This document shows positions 45,731 to 56,100 of a stretch of 64,000 nucleotides of DNA, piece by piece; the first letter of the stretch is position 1; each line of letters begins with the position of its first letter. The translations under genes and the position numbers were made by a program. The notes under the pieces were generated by a model that worked only from the letters and a program-made list of their open reading frames with translations, made no database searches and was not told where the DNA came from. Origin of the DNA: a virus; the IMG/VR virus record IMGVR_UViG_3300023223_000669, positions 64,001 through 128,000 of that record, one strand, 5' to 3'.

Positions 45731-46189
45731 ATGAATCTAGCTTTTAGTTCGAAACACCCCTTCGTCCCAAATCCCAAGAAAGACCAGCAGGCTAGTCGCT
45801 GGATTGCTTCTCTTTCTGATGGCACGACCGTTTTTGAGGACGTGACGCCCGGGGAAAAATCTTCCTGGTCGCGTCTACACGATTACGTGGAGTTTCACAA
45901 GCTTACGATCACGAATCTACGCTTGGAGGCTTATGGTCGTACCATCCACCTTGTCCCGTATCGAGACGACGAGGGTAGGGCACAGCTTAATGGCTATTGG
46001 CACAGCAAGCAGATGAATGCCCTCCTCAGTAGTGCGGGGGTGTTGGAGGTTCAATGTCGAGGCATCGGCATTTTGAAGGCTAAACAGATTTGGATTACGT
46101 GGGTAGACCAACACGGTATTCTCCGCCAAGAGATTAGAGCGTACAAGCCCGGTGACAAGGCCGTCATCGTAAACGATCCACCGGCATGA
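45731..46189 (+). CDS. Hypothetical protein
   Basis: Start re-assigned to ATG 45731 (GGAAGAG upstream) because the ORF-track TTG start spans the terminator and promoter. Confidence 0.65.
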   Translation: MNLAFSSKHPFVPNPKKDQQASRWIASLSDGTTVFEDVTPGEKSSWSRLHDYVEFHKLTITNLRLEAYGRTIHLVPYRDDEGRAQLNGYWHSKQMNALLSSAGVLEVQCRGIGILKAKQIWITWVDQHGILRQEIRAYKPGDKAVIVNDPPA

Positions 46190-46620
46190 AGCACCCTTCT
46201 ATCACAACGCCGGATATCGAGCACGATCCAGCCAACATGCTCGCGGAGTTCATGTGGCTAAATAAGGACATTCGCTCAGACAGTTACCCGTGGCGAGGTC
46301 ATAATGGTAAGGAGTGGGGCAAGTTGGTTGCCTCACTTAAGAAACTAATGGGCGACTCATATGGCCTATCACCAGGACAGCTTGCATTCTACATTTGGAA
46401 GTGCAAGCCCACATTCATTGATCCGAAACAATTCGCCACGATGGCGGTGGTTGCTCGGCGTCTCTTTGAGAACTATGATCTCGAACAGGTGTCACGTTTC
46501 TATGAACGCTGGCGACAGGAACTTGCATCGTCTGGATTGGAAAAGGCAAAGTATAAAACTGAGAAGCCGAAGACTCTTCTCACGTTCCTAAGGGAGTTGG
46601 AAAGTGGCAAAACGACGTAA
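46186..46620 (+). CDS. Hypothetical protein
   Basis: 144 aa, overlapping neighbours. Confidence 0.65.
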   Translation: MKHPSITTPDIEHDPANMLAEFMWLNKDIRSDSYPWRGHNGKEWGKLVASLKKLMGDSYGLSPGQLAFYIWKCKPTFIDPKQFATMAVVARRLFENYDLEQVSRFYERWRQELASSGLEKAKYKTEKPKTLLTFLRELESGKTT

Positions 46621-47776
46621 AATAACCAGAGAGGAGTTTGTGGAGAAGGCAGCAGAGATTACCTTTGGTTTTTTCAAGCAAGAGGTAGAGCAAGAGGGCG
46701 TTCGTGCGATGACCGCCGAAGAGGTTGGTGATCCGGAGCCTAATCGTAGTGGATCTTACAATCTAGACTATGATCTAGCCGTCCCCTTCCCGGAGGGACG
46801 TATCATCGAAGTCTTTGGAGAAGAGGGTACCTGTAAGACGACGCTGACTCTTGAGGTTGCAGGCAGAGCTATCCAGGAGGGCAAGACTGTGTTATATGTC
46901 AACATGGAAAAGAACCTAAATCTCTCCCTGCTGAGAACAGTACGTACGCTGCGTCCTCACATCGATGCGGCGGTTGCTCAGATGAAGAGTGGTAAGAATA
47001 GCAATTGTCCGCTTTGGATTGTTAACGCATCGAATGGCGAACAAGCTATGGAGTCCATGCGTAAGTTTGCTTCGATGGTTCCTGGTGGTGTAGCCATTCT
47101 GGATTCTATTGATGCCGCACAACCCTCGGCTGTTTTGTCAGGTGAGATTGGTGAACTCAAGGTTGGTAACTTGGCGAAACTTATGTCTGATGCTATGCGT
47201 AAGCTTATCGGTGTCTCTGAGGAGAACAGGGTAGCATTGATTTTCGTGAATCAGATCAGGGATAAGATTACGCTGTATGGAGATCCTACTGCTACGCCGG
47301 GTGGCAGGGCTCTCAAGTTTTATGCATCGCAGCGTATTCGTTTGTTTAGACCACGCAAGATTGATTGGATTTTGGATGGTGATAAGGAACGTATTGGTAG
47401 CGTGATTCGCTATCAGGTAATCAAGAACAAGGTGGCTCCTGATGGAAACGAAGGGGCCTTTCCGATCCTTTTCAAGAACGGTATATTCCGTGAACAAGAA
47501 CTAATCACTCAATGTTGTAACTTTGGTATCCTACGCATGGGTGGCAAAGGCGGCAAGCAGGTATTCTTACCCAAGCTTGATCGCGACACTGGTGAGTTTG
47601 TCGAACAAGATGGAGAACGTGTGGAAAGCTGTATGAGTCAATTCAACGCTGCCCGGCGTCTCCTGATGGATAGTGCCCTCGTAGATAAGCTTGATACAGA
47701 AGTACAAGCAGTCTTTACGCCGGGCGGACATGATCCGATCGAAGACCTCGTAGATGAAATTCCGAACCCTGAGTAA
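46604..47776 (+). CDS. recA: RecA/UvsX-like recombinase
   Basis: SGSYNLD..GRIIEVFGEEGTCKTT, AILDSI, MSDAMRKL, LIFVNQIRDKI, TPGGRALKFYASQRI, KNKVAP. Confidence 0.92.
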   Translation: MAKRRKITREEFVEKAAEITFGFFKQEVEQEGVRAMTAEEVGDPEPNRSGSYNLDYDLAVPFPEGRIIEVFGEEGTCKTTLTLEVAGRAIQEGKTVLYVNMEKNLNLSLLRTVRTLRPHIDAAVAQMKSGKNSNCPLWIVNASNGEQAMESMRKFASMVPGGVAILDSIDAAQPSAVLSGEIGELKVGNLAKLMSDAMRKLIGVSEENRVALIFVNQIRDKITLYGDPTATPGGRALKFYASQRIRLFRPRKIDWILDGDKERIGSVIRYQVIKNKVAPDGNEGAFPILFKNGIFREQELITQCCNFGILRMGGKGGKQVFLPKLDRDTGEFVEQDGERVESCMSQFNAARRLLMDSALVDKLDTEVQAVFTPGGHDPIEDLVDEIPNPE

Positions 47777-48170
47777 TCGCGAAGTGCGTATGGATATTCT
47801 ACCAGAACGATATCCTGTGCGGAGTCGCGAGCAATGCAAGTCGGCTGGGCAATACATGCTTGGCCGTTTATTGCGTCGTATTTATGGGTTTCATGCACTT
47901 CTCCTGGAGGAGTTTCGTCTACCTGATGAACGTTTATACTTAGATTTTTTTATGCCACATCACAAACTTGGGCTTGAATACCAAGGTAGGCAACATGACG
48001 AGTTTGTCAAGCTCTTTCATATTGACAAGAAAGGTTTTGAAAAATCCAAACGACGCGACGAACGTAAGCGTCTATGGTGCGAGATTAACGAACTAACATT
48101 GGTAGAGGTACGAGGTACTCCTACTGTCGAAGAACTACAACAACTGATCGCAGAAGCACGGGATGTATAA
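47754..48170 (+). CDS. DUF559/Vsr-like PD-(D/E)XK endonuclease
   Basis: LYLDFFMP..KLGLEYQGRQH...RDERKRLWCEINELTLVEV. Confidence 0.7.
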   Translation: MKFRTLSNREVRMDILPERYPVRSREQCKSAGQYMLGRLLRRIYGFHALLLEEFRLPDERLYLDFFMPHHKLGLEYQGRQHDEFVKLFHIDKKGFEKSKRRDERKRLWCEINELTLVEVRGTPTVEELQQLIAEARDV

Positions 48171-48384
48171 TAGACATTTACCATTGTCCTATCGCGATCG
48201 TTATGGCGAAAGTTTTAAATATAATCAAGGTAATTATGCCCCTACCGCTCGACAGTTTTCTGTTGGTTTTGTTTGTCCTGTATGTAATGTTGATCGTGGC
48301 ATGATATGTACGGGCGTGAAATATCCTCATTCAGCACGCGTTAAGTTAGCTCGTGCTAAAATGACGGGAAATTTCAATGGCTAA
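48163..48384 (+). CDS. Small zinc-finger protein
   Basis: CPVC..RGMIC...HSAR. Confidence 0.55.
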   Translation: MYNRHLPLSYRDRYGESFKYNQGNYAPTARQFSVGFVCPVCNVDRGMICTGVKYPHSARVKLARAKMTGNFNG

Positions 48385-49834
48385 TATTGCCGCTGAAAAA
48401 GTGTTCTTGGCTGGGGTGGTTAAGTATCCGAGCAAACTATTTGAGTTTGTCGAATATCTTGATGCAGATGACTTTCAGCATGCAGTCACACGGATGACAT
48501 TTGAAGCGGCTCGTTCTTTGGTTGTAGATAAGGAAACAGAGAAGCTTACGAAAGCCAAACTGGTTGCTGAGGCAAAGGCTCTTGGGCATCACAATTATCT
48601 ATCTGCTACACGAAATGGGCAATGGATAGATGAGCTATTTGCCGAGGAAATGGCCGAACATGAGTTAGACGCACATTTCATGGAGGTCAAACGGCAATCA
48701 CTCAAAGATCACTATACCGAATCCTTTATCGAGCTTCGTAACTATTTGTCGTCTACTAGTGATCCTCTCTCTGTACTCATTAGTAAGGTTGAGAATGCGA
48801 TCATTAGTAAGGTTAATATGATCGACAAGGGGGAGCACGCTATCGTTGATATGCGTGATGGCTTCTGGGAGTTTATTGATAGTGTCGCTGACGATCCAGG
48901 TCACATGGGTCTCGATCTTGGATATCCTCTGTGGCAAGAGAGAATCGGTCAGGTTCGCAATGGAGCGATTACCTTTTTGGTGGCAACCACCAAGGCGGGC
49001 AAAAGTCAATTCGGCTACCGTGCAGCTATCACGGCTGCTCGCAAGGGGCTACCCGTGCTGTATCTGGATAGTGAACTTAAAAAGCATGACCAATGGATTA
49101 GACAGGCGGCAATGTTGACCAAAGTGCCGACTCAGTATATTGAGACTGGTTTCTGGGATATGTCTGACAGCGAGCTAATTGATCAAGGTGTTACTGATCC
49201 CGAACAACGAGCAGAGATCATGATGTACGGTAAACGTCTTCGTGATCCACGCGTGCGTGCAGTAGTACAACACATGCCAATTTCCTATCAGAATATCAGT
49301 GGTCTTAGTGTTTCAGATGTGATTCCTCATATGCGTAGGTGGTTACTCACACACGTCAAGCCTGATCGTGAGACCCGTACGCCTCAGTGTTTGATTATCT
49401 ACGACTACATTAAACTGACCATGACAGACGAAGTGAGACGTGGCGTCTTGCAGGAGTATCAGCAGCACGGGCTCCATGTGGCTCAGTTACATGATTTCGC
49501 CAACAAGTATAATGTGCCGATGATGGCATTTGGCCAAACCAATAACGAGATCGATGACAACCTCCGATGCGTAGCGGGAGCGAAACGCATCAGTGAGAAC
49601 GTTGATTCTATTAGTTTGATGAAACGCAAAGGAGATAGAGATTTAGCGAGTGATGGCATTGGCACGCACATGATGCGTATTTTTGCTTCACGATATGGTA
49701 AATCATTGCACGGTGGTTACATTAATTTTGATGTTGACCTTAGCTGTGGTAATTTCCAGGAGCTAGACATTGGTAACGTGAGACCGCCGCAGGAAGACAA
49801 TAATGACGACGACGATGACCAGATTGACGACTGA
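48377..49834 (+). CDS. dnaB: Replicative DNA helicase, DnaB family
   Basis: Walker A ATTKAGKS, VLYLDSEL, IIYDYIKL, FGQTN, ISENVD, SRYG. Confidence 0.85.
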   Translation: MANIAAEKVFLAGVVKYPSKLFEFVEYLDADDFQHAVTRMTFEAARSLVVDKETEKLTKAKLVAEAKALGHHNYLSATRNGQWIDELFAEEMAEHELDAHFMEVKRQSLKDHYTESFIELRNYLSSTSDPLSVLISKVENAIISKVNMIDKGEHAIVDMRDGFWEFIDSVADDPGHMGLDLGYPLWQERIGQVRNGAITFLVATTKAGKSQFGYRAAITAARKGLPVLYLDSELKKHDQWIRQAAMLTKVPTQYIETGFWDMSDSELIDQGVTDPEQRAEIMMYGKRLRDPRVRAVVQHMPISYQNISGLSVSDVIPHMRRWLLTHVKPDRETRTPQCLIIYDYIKLTMTDEVRRGVLQEYQQHGLHVAQLHDFANKYNVPMMAFGQTNNEIDDNLRCVAGAKRISENVDSISLMKRKGDRDLASDGIGTHMMRIFASRYGKSLHGGYINFDVDLSCGNFQELDIGNVRPPQEDNNDDDDDQIDD

Positions 49835-50891
49835 TAAGAAACGCATGCTTCGCAATCATGCGAACCGCAACATCGCTTATCTTCTAGACAAGCTAGAGGT
49901 AGAGTTTGATGATCGTGGTGATGGTCTCATTCAAGCCGTGTGTCCATGTAAACAACATGGAGGAGACCGTAGTAACCACACGGCCTGGAGTTGGCGTGTT
50001 GATTTGGGTAAGTGGGTTTGTTGGTCTCACCATTGCGAGGAAACACGCGGCAATGATATCTTTGGTATCGTGAGTAGCGTTCGTGGCATCAACTTTATTG
50101 AGACGGTCAAATGGATTACCGCCACGTTAGAGGCTCGCGACATCAACCTAGAAGACGAGGTTGCTGATCCCGAGAACCTGTATCGTGGTACTAAGTTACA
50201 TCTTCATGAACCACTAGCAGAAGACAACCTCAAATTCTTGGTGCCTGATCCTCAATATCTTTTGAATAGGGAGTTTGATCTTGATACCCTGAGGGACTAT
50301 GAGGTTGGCCTGTGGCAGCGAGTGGGTACATTTATGCATGATCGCGTCGTGTTCCCCGTCCGCGATCATGATGGCCATTTGGTTGGGTACACTGGTCGCA
50401 CGGTCCATCCGGAATCCCATTTCGAAGCTCGTAATCTCAAGTATATGAAATGGGTACACGGTCGTCACTTTATCAGATGGACGAAGCGTGGTGATTTTTT
50501 TACTAGCTCTATCCTCTTCAATCTGAATAGAGCCAAGCGTTACTTGGAACTTAACAGACGTTTGATCCTAGTTGAAGGACCGCTCGATGGCATGAAGCTG
50601 GCGGAAGCTGGTATTCATAATTGGATTGCTACATTGGGCACGAACTTTTGTCATGCCCACCGCACATTACTAGTACAACATGGCGTTGCAGACCTATATG
50701 TCGCTTACGACGCAGACGATCCGTCTCAGTATAAAGACGATAAGTCGCCGGGCGAGAAAGGCTGGGAGAGAATGCAACGCATTGTCGGTGACCTCTTGAG
50801 GCTACACCGCGTAGAGCTGCCGCTTGGGAAAGATTGCGGCGATCTACAAATAGAACAACTACAAAAAATCTTTAAGGCAATTAGATGCTAA
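49803..50891 (+). CDS. dnaG: DNA primase, DnaG-type
   Basis: Zinc domain CPC..H..WVCWSHHC; RVVFPVRD..G.LVGYTGR; TOPRIM LVEGPLD, ATLGT, AYDADD, KDCGD. Confidence 0.88.
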   Translation: MTTTMTRLTTDKKRMLRNHANRNIAYLLDKLEVEFDDRGDGLIQAVCPCKQHGGDRSNHTAWSWRVDLGKWVCWSHHCEETRGNDIFGIVSSVRGINFIETVKWITATLEARDINLEDEVADPENLYRGTKLHLHEPLAEDNLKFLVPDPQYLLNREFDLDTLRDYEVGLWQRVGTFMHDRVVFPVRDHDGHLVGYTGRTVHPESHFEARNLKYMKWVHGRHFIRWTKRGDFFTSSILFNLNRAKRYLELNRRLILVEGPLDGMKLAEAGIHNWIATLGTNFCHAHRTLLVQHGVADLYVAYDADDPSQYKDDKSPGEKGWERMQRIVGDLLRLHRVELPLGKDCGDLQIEQLQKIFKAIRC

Positions 50892-51868
50892 AACTAAAAT
50901 CGATTTCTCCTAGCCGTATCAAGACTTTTGATATGTGCAAATATAAGTATTGGCTTACATATTGTACTGATGCAGTACTCAAGTCAAATTGGGGAGCCGC
51001 CCATGGTTCTTTGATTCATGATATCCTGGAGTTCTATTCTACTGGAGATGATCCCGATTGGACCGCCCGTCTCTATCGTGGCTATGGTGGCATTCTAGAC
51101 ACGTTGGATCGTTTCCAGAAACCAGCGATTATGGAAAGCCCGCTTGTGTGGGCTAAGCCCGAAGAGTTTGCTGAGAAAAAGCCATACTGTGATACCTGCC
51201 CGTATGCGAATAAGGAAGCCAACCAGTGTGATATTTCACTTGATAAATTGGATAATCTTTTAGGCTGTCCCAAGACGCTGTTTGATGGATCTATCTCTAT
51301 GATAGAACAAACCATCGGTAGGTATGAAGCCACTTGGGATAATTTGTTGCGTGATACTAACGGCGTACCCACTGGCGTTGAATATGGTTTTAGGATTCCT
51401 TTGGCCGCTCGTCCTGATGTTCCTATTCATGGGTACATGGATCTTGTGGTTGAAGAGGATTCTGAGACGATCCATGTTTATGATTATAAGGCCGGTAAAC
51501 ACACACAGAACTACAAAGAATGCCACGACGATATTCAATCGAGGATGTATTCGCTGGCCTGTCGCAAAGAGTTCATTGAGGATGTTAATAACAAGGGTTA
51601 CAAATATAAGCATGTCATGTTGACATTTGATTACTTTAGAAACAGGCCCATCACGTTAGCATTCACGGCAGAAGAGGATCAGGCAACAGAGCAATTTGTT
51701 ATTGATAAGATCCACGAAATTGAATCTACCAGGTGGATTGATCGTATCGTTCGTAATGATGAGGAATTGGAAACCAAGACTCGTTATGGTCAAGTAGCAT
51801 TCGTTTGCAAATATCTATGCGACAGCAAGGTATGTAAAAGTCGATGGGAAGGAAGGTTTGAAGCATGA
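50885..51868 (+). CDS. PD-(D/E)XK (RecB/Cas4-like) exonuclease
   Basis: SPSRIKTFDMCKYKY, GSLIHDILE, HGYMDLV, VYDYKAG, C-terminal CKYLCDSKVC. Confidence 0.82.
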   Translation: MLKLKSISPSRIKTFDMCKYKYWLTYCTDAVLKSNWGAAHGSLIHDILEFYSTGDDPDWTARLYRGYGGILDTLDRFQKPAIMESPLVWAKPEEFAEKKPYCDTCPYANKEANQCDISLDKLDNLLGCPKTLFDGSISMIEQTIGRYEATWDNLLRDTNGVPTGVEYGFRIPLAARPDVPIHGYMDLVVEEDSETIHVYDYKAGKHTQNYKECHDDIQSRMYSLACRKEFIEDVNNKGYKYKHVMLTFDYFRNRPITLAFTAEEDQATEQFVIDKIHEIESTRWIDRIVRNDEELETKTRYGQVAFVCKYLCDSKVCKSRWEGRFEA

Positions 51869-52476
51869 GCAGAATTAGTAAAGACTGGGTAGAAGCCTAT
51901 TTTGAATATGGCGTTGATGTTAAGAACCGCAAGGTGTTTTTGTTTGATGGTGTAGATGAAGATACTATTGGTTACGTTATCAAAGGTCTATACCTCATGG
52001 AAACAGAAAACACCAAAGAACAAATTAAAAATGAGACAGTGAAACCCATTGAATTGTTCATCGGTTCTTTTGGCGGTAGTGAGTATGAAATGTGGGCTCT
52101 CTATGATGTCATTCGTACTCTCCAATCGCCCATTCATACTGTTGCTATTGGTAAATGTATGAGTGCCGCCCCTCTATTGGTTGCGTGTGGCGAACCCGGA
52201 CATCGTTATGCTACTCCTAATACTTGGTTCATGGTTCATCAATCATGGGAAGAATGGGGATCCGTGGATAAAGATGTTCTTAAGAAAGACATTAAGCATT
52301 TTGATGCTATGGAGAAACGCTGGTACGATCTCATGGCACTTCATTCCAACAAGCCTGCCACGTTCTGGAAAGCAAAGTGTACCAAACAGAAGGGCGACGA
52401 CTATTTTGATGCTTACACAGCACAAGAGTATGGTCTGATTGATCATGTTTGGGATGAAAAAGACGGAGTGCTATAA
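51865..52476 (+). CDS. clpP: ClpP-family serine protease
   Basis: RKVFLFDGVD, IGSFGGS, AIGKCMSAA (Ser), FMVHQ (His), YFDAYTAQEYGLIDHV. Confidence 0.88.
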   Translation: MSRISKDWVEAYFEYGVDVKNRKVFLFDGVDEDTIGYVIKGLYLMETENTKEQIKNETVKPIELFIGSFGGSEYEMWALYDVIRTLQSPIHTVAIGKCMSAAPLLVACGEPGHRYATPNTWFMVHQSWEEWGSVDKDVLKKDIKHFDAMEKRWYDLMALHSNKPATFWKAKCTKQKGDDYFDAYTAQEYGLIDHVWDEKDGVL

Positions 52477-53168
52477 TGGCTAACGCGAGAGTGGTTATAT
52501 GCTGCTGGCTCAAAGGACACGAGACCGAGCTAGTGATGACCAAACGACAAGAGGAGAAGCTTAGTGTCAAGCTTAAAACTCTCAAGGCGGTATGTCCTAC
52601 ATGCCGTGCCGAAGAATTGGGCAATCAAGCCATCTTCATCAAGGAAGGACAGACGCTTTTCAACCCAAGCAAGGCGTTCAAGTGTCGCCACGGTCACGTC
52701 TCAACCATCGGTGCGTTCAACAGCGATATGTTACACGTTAAGCATGGCGGGGGCTACGAGTCGTTCGTCAACATCGAAGGTACGCCAGAAGAAGTGCAGG
52801 AACTTATTGACAGTAAGGAGATTTCATGTCATCATATAAAGGAGAACGGTCGTGTCTGCGGCTGTAAACTCAAAACTGTTGATGATTTTGAACTCACTAA
52901 ACCACAAGGTACGGCCTTTAGAACAAAAACACGCCTCGGAGATATATGGGATAAAGCAGGGGCCGATCCGGTTCGTGCTGGAACCTACGATAAGGGCGGT
53001 CGCTATCATGGCAGTCGGACACAAGAGGCAAACCGTGCCCGTTTGAAGCGTTCGCGTAAACGTAATACGCCCGCAAAGAGACATCCCGGTAAGAGAATCG
53101 ACAAAGCAACCAAGAGGGATTACGGCTATCGTTCAAAAGATGAAGTTAACCCAGAAAGACTTAAATGA
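52476..53168 (+). CDS. Cys/His-rich protein with basic C-terminal tail
   Basis: CPTC, CRHGH, CHH..CGC; Arg/Lys-rich last 60 aa. Confidence 0.6.
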   Translation: MANARVVICCWLKGHETELVMTKRQEEKLSVKLKTLKAVCPTCRAEELGNQAIFIKEGQTLFNPSKAFKCRHGHVSTIGAFNSDMLHVKHGGGYESFVNIEGTPEEVQELIDSKEISCHHIKENGRVCGCKLKTVDDFELTKPQGTAFRTKTRLGDIWDKAGADPVRAGTYDKGGRYHGSRTQEANRARLKRSRKRNTPAKRHPGKRIDKATKRDYGYRSKDEVNPERLK

Positions 53169-56100
53169 ATTTCGCACACCTGAACGTACACTCTAAAGCG
53201 TCTATGCTGTATGGGTCGGCAGACATCAAGAAGATCGTCGCACGAGCCAAGGAGCTAGGACAGTCTGCGGTAGCCCTTACCGACTATTCGAACGTCTATA
53301 ACGCGGTCAATTTTTATCGTGAGGCGACCAAGGCTGGAGTCAAGCCCATTCTGGGTGTTGACTTGTATTTCTGTGAGGATGCAGAGCAGCTACGCATTCA
53401 GAAGGTACGTCAGGTGTCGCACATCGTCCTGCTGGCCGAGACCGAAGAGGGCTGGCAGAATATCACAAGAATCGTATCAGGGGCCAACACGCCTGAGTAC
53501 TTCTACTACAACCCTCGTGTCGATTTCAAGCTCCTCGAACAATACAGCGAGGGTGTTATCTGTCTGAGTGGTAGCAGCCTCGATGGTATAATCGCCCGCC
53601 AATTGTATGACAAAGTTGGCGATGATGGCGAAGTGGTGGAGCCCGCCGCCCTGTTCAAAGCCGAAGGTTTAGTACGCCGTTTCTTGAAGATTTACGACAC
53701 TGATCACTTCTGCCTTGAGATTCAAGACACTGGTGTAGCAGAACAAGACACGATTAACACTCGTCTGAGAGGTATTGCCACGAAGTATAGTCTCAAGATT
53801 GTGGCCACGAATAACGTACACTACGTTGAACAACATGATGCCGAGGCTCACAAGACCCTGTTAGAGATGAGCACTAATAAGTACAACCGTGCTACCTATA
53901 CTGATTTTGGTCCAGAGGAGTACTACCTCAAGAGCCGCGAGGAACTTGATGAAACCAATCTTTTGGCCGAGGAACTTAACGCGGCTCTTGAGATTGCCGA
54001 GCGTTGTAACGTAGAGCTTGATTTGAAGAAACGTCGTTTGCCCAAGTACCAGTTTGTGCCCGAGGGCAAGACTTCGATGGAGTATCTTCGGGAGTTGTGT
54101 GATAAGGGTTATGATCGTCTTATGCTTGGGCAATGGGCAACTCCCGAAGGGCGTGAGAGTTATACCGCACGTCTTGAACGTGAACTTGTTGACATCGAAG
54201 ACATGGGGTTTGCGGACTACTTCCTCATCGTCCATGATGTCATTTCTTGGGTACGAGAACAAGATATTCTGGTTGGTCGTGGACGCGGTAGTGCAGGCGG
54301 CAGTCTTGTTAGCTATACTCTTGGCATTACTGAGATTGATCCTCTTGAGTATGGTCTCATTTGGGAACGCTTCCTCAATAAAGGCCGTGGTGGCCTTCCT
54401 GATATTGATACTGACCTTCCCCGCTCAAAACGACAGAAGGTACTTGGGTATATCAGGGAGCGTTTCGGAGAAGGTAACGTCGCACAGTTAGTAACTCTTG
54501 GTGGCTTGCAAGCTAAAGCCATTGTTAAAGAGGTATTCAAGGTCTATGGTGTATCCTTTGATGAGGTTAATAAGATTACCGCACTCATTCCTGCCAAGAA
54601 CGAGGATCATGTGGCCATTTCTTTACAAGAGGCTATCGACGCTGTACCTGAATTAAAGGAATACTACGAACGCTACACGCCTTGGTTCAAGGTGGCTTTA
54701 GCTCTAGAGGGATGCTACAAGACCACAGGTATCCACGCTGCTGCCGTTGTGATTTCCGATGTGCCGTTTGATGAAAGTCCTTATCCGCTGACGCGAGCAA
54801 AGGATGGCAGCATGTTGTTTGGCTGGGACATGAACACAGTCGATTCTTTGAGTCTGCTCAAGCTCGATATTCTCGGTTTGACAACCCTAGACGACATCCA
54901 AGTGACTATGGATCTTGTCAAACATCGTCATGACATCGAGCTTTCGCGAGTGGCGATGCCGTTAGATGATTCGGCTACCTATGCCATGATTGGCCGGGGA
55001 TTCACCATTGGTGTTTTCCAAATCGAGAAACAACTTGGTCGCACCTGGAGCAAGAACCTCAAGCCGGAAAACATCGAAGAATTGAGTGACCTTGTGTCCC
55101 TTATCCGTCCTGGTCCGATGGAGTCTAATATGCATACGGCATATCGTAGCGTGAAGAACAAGGGTGAAGCTCCGGAGTATATCCACCCCAAGCTTGAGCC
55201 GATCATGGGGCCGACTTTCTCTGCCTTGTTGTATCAAGAACAGGTGATCTATATTTGTCAGCAATTAGCTGGCATGAACTCCGTGGACGCCGATATGGTT
55301 CGCAAGGCGATGGGCAAGAAGAAGCCCGAGGACATGCAGAAATGGCAAGATGTATTTGTTGACGGCTGTACTGCTAATGATATTGATCCTGTCACCGCTG
55401 AGGAAATTTGGGGTTACATCGAGAAGTTCGCTGGGTATGGTTTCAACAAGTCCCACGGTGTAGGCTACGCCCTTCTGGCGTACGAGACAGCTTATCTCAA
55501 GGCCAACTATACCGTGGAGTTCCTGTGTGCTAAATTGCGTCACTCAGATAGTCACCCCGACAAGTTTGCTCAGATGTCTGCTCTGGTTTACGATGGCAAC
55601 CTATTTAACATTGAGGTTGTGCCGCCTCGTGTGTCGCAACGCAATAAAGATTTTGCCGTGATTGACGACACGCATATTGCTTTTGGGCTTACAGCTCTTA
55701 AGGGCGTGGGCGTGACAGCAGTCAACGATTTAATCAAGATTAGCCGCAAGCATGATACCTTTGAGGGTATACTATGGCATATCATGACCACTAAGACAAA
55801 AGTCAATACGGGGGTTTTGATAGCACTCATTCGTGGTGGTGCCTTTGATGATCTTGTTGAACATCGTGTAGAAGCACAAGCACGATTTAAACTTTTGGAC
55901 ACCCTTACTGCTAAAGAGCGTGAGACTGTGCAAGAGCTTATACCACATCAGGAAGGTGACGCTGATTGGGTACGTATCATAAGTGCGATTGCCAGTGAAA
56001 AGAAAGCCCCGCTGGTTAAAGAGAAGTTTGGTGTCAAGATTCCGAATGCTCGTCGTCGTCCCAAGCTTCGTGAGGCTCTTGGTGAGTTTCATAGGCGAGA

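Noticed and set aside
50885-51868. Cas4 of a CRISPR system
   Set aside because: No array or other cas genes; sits in a replication operon like ordinary phage PD-(D/E)XK nucleases
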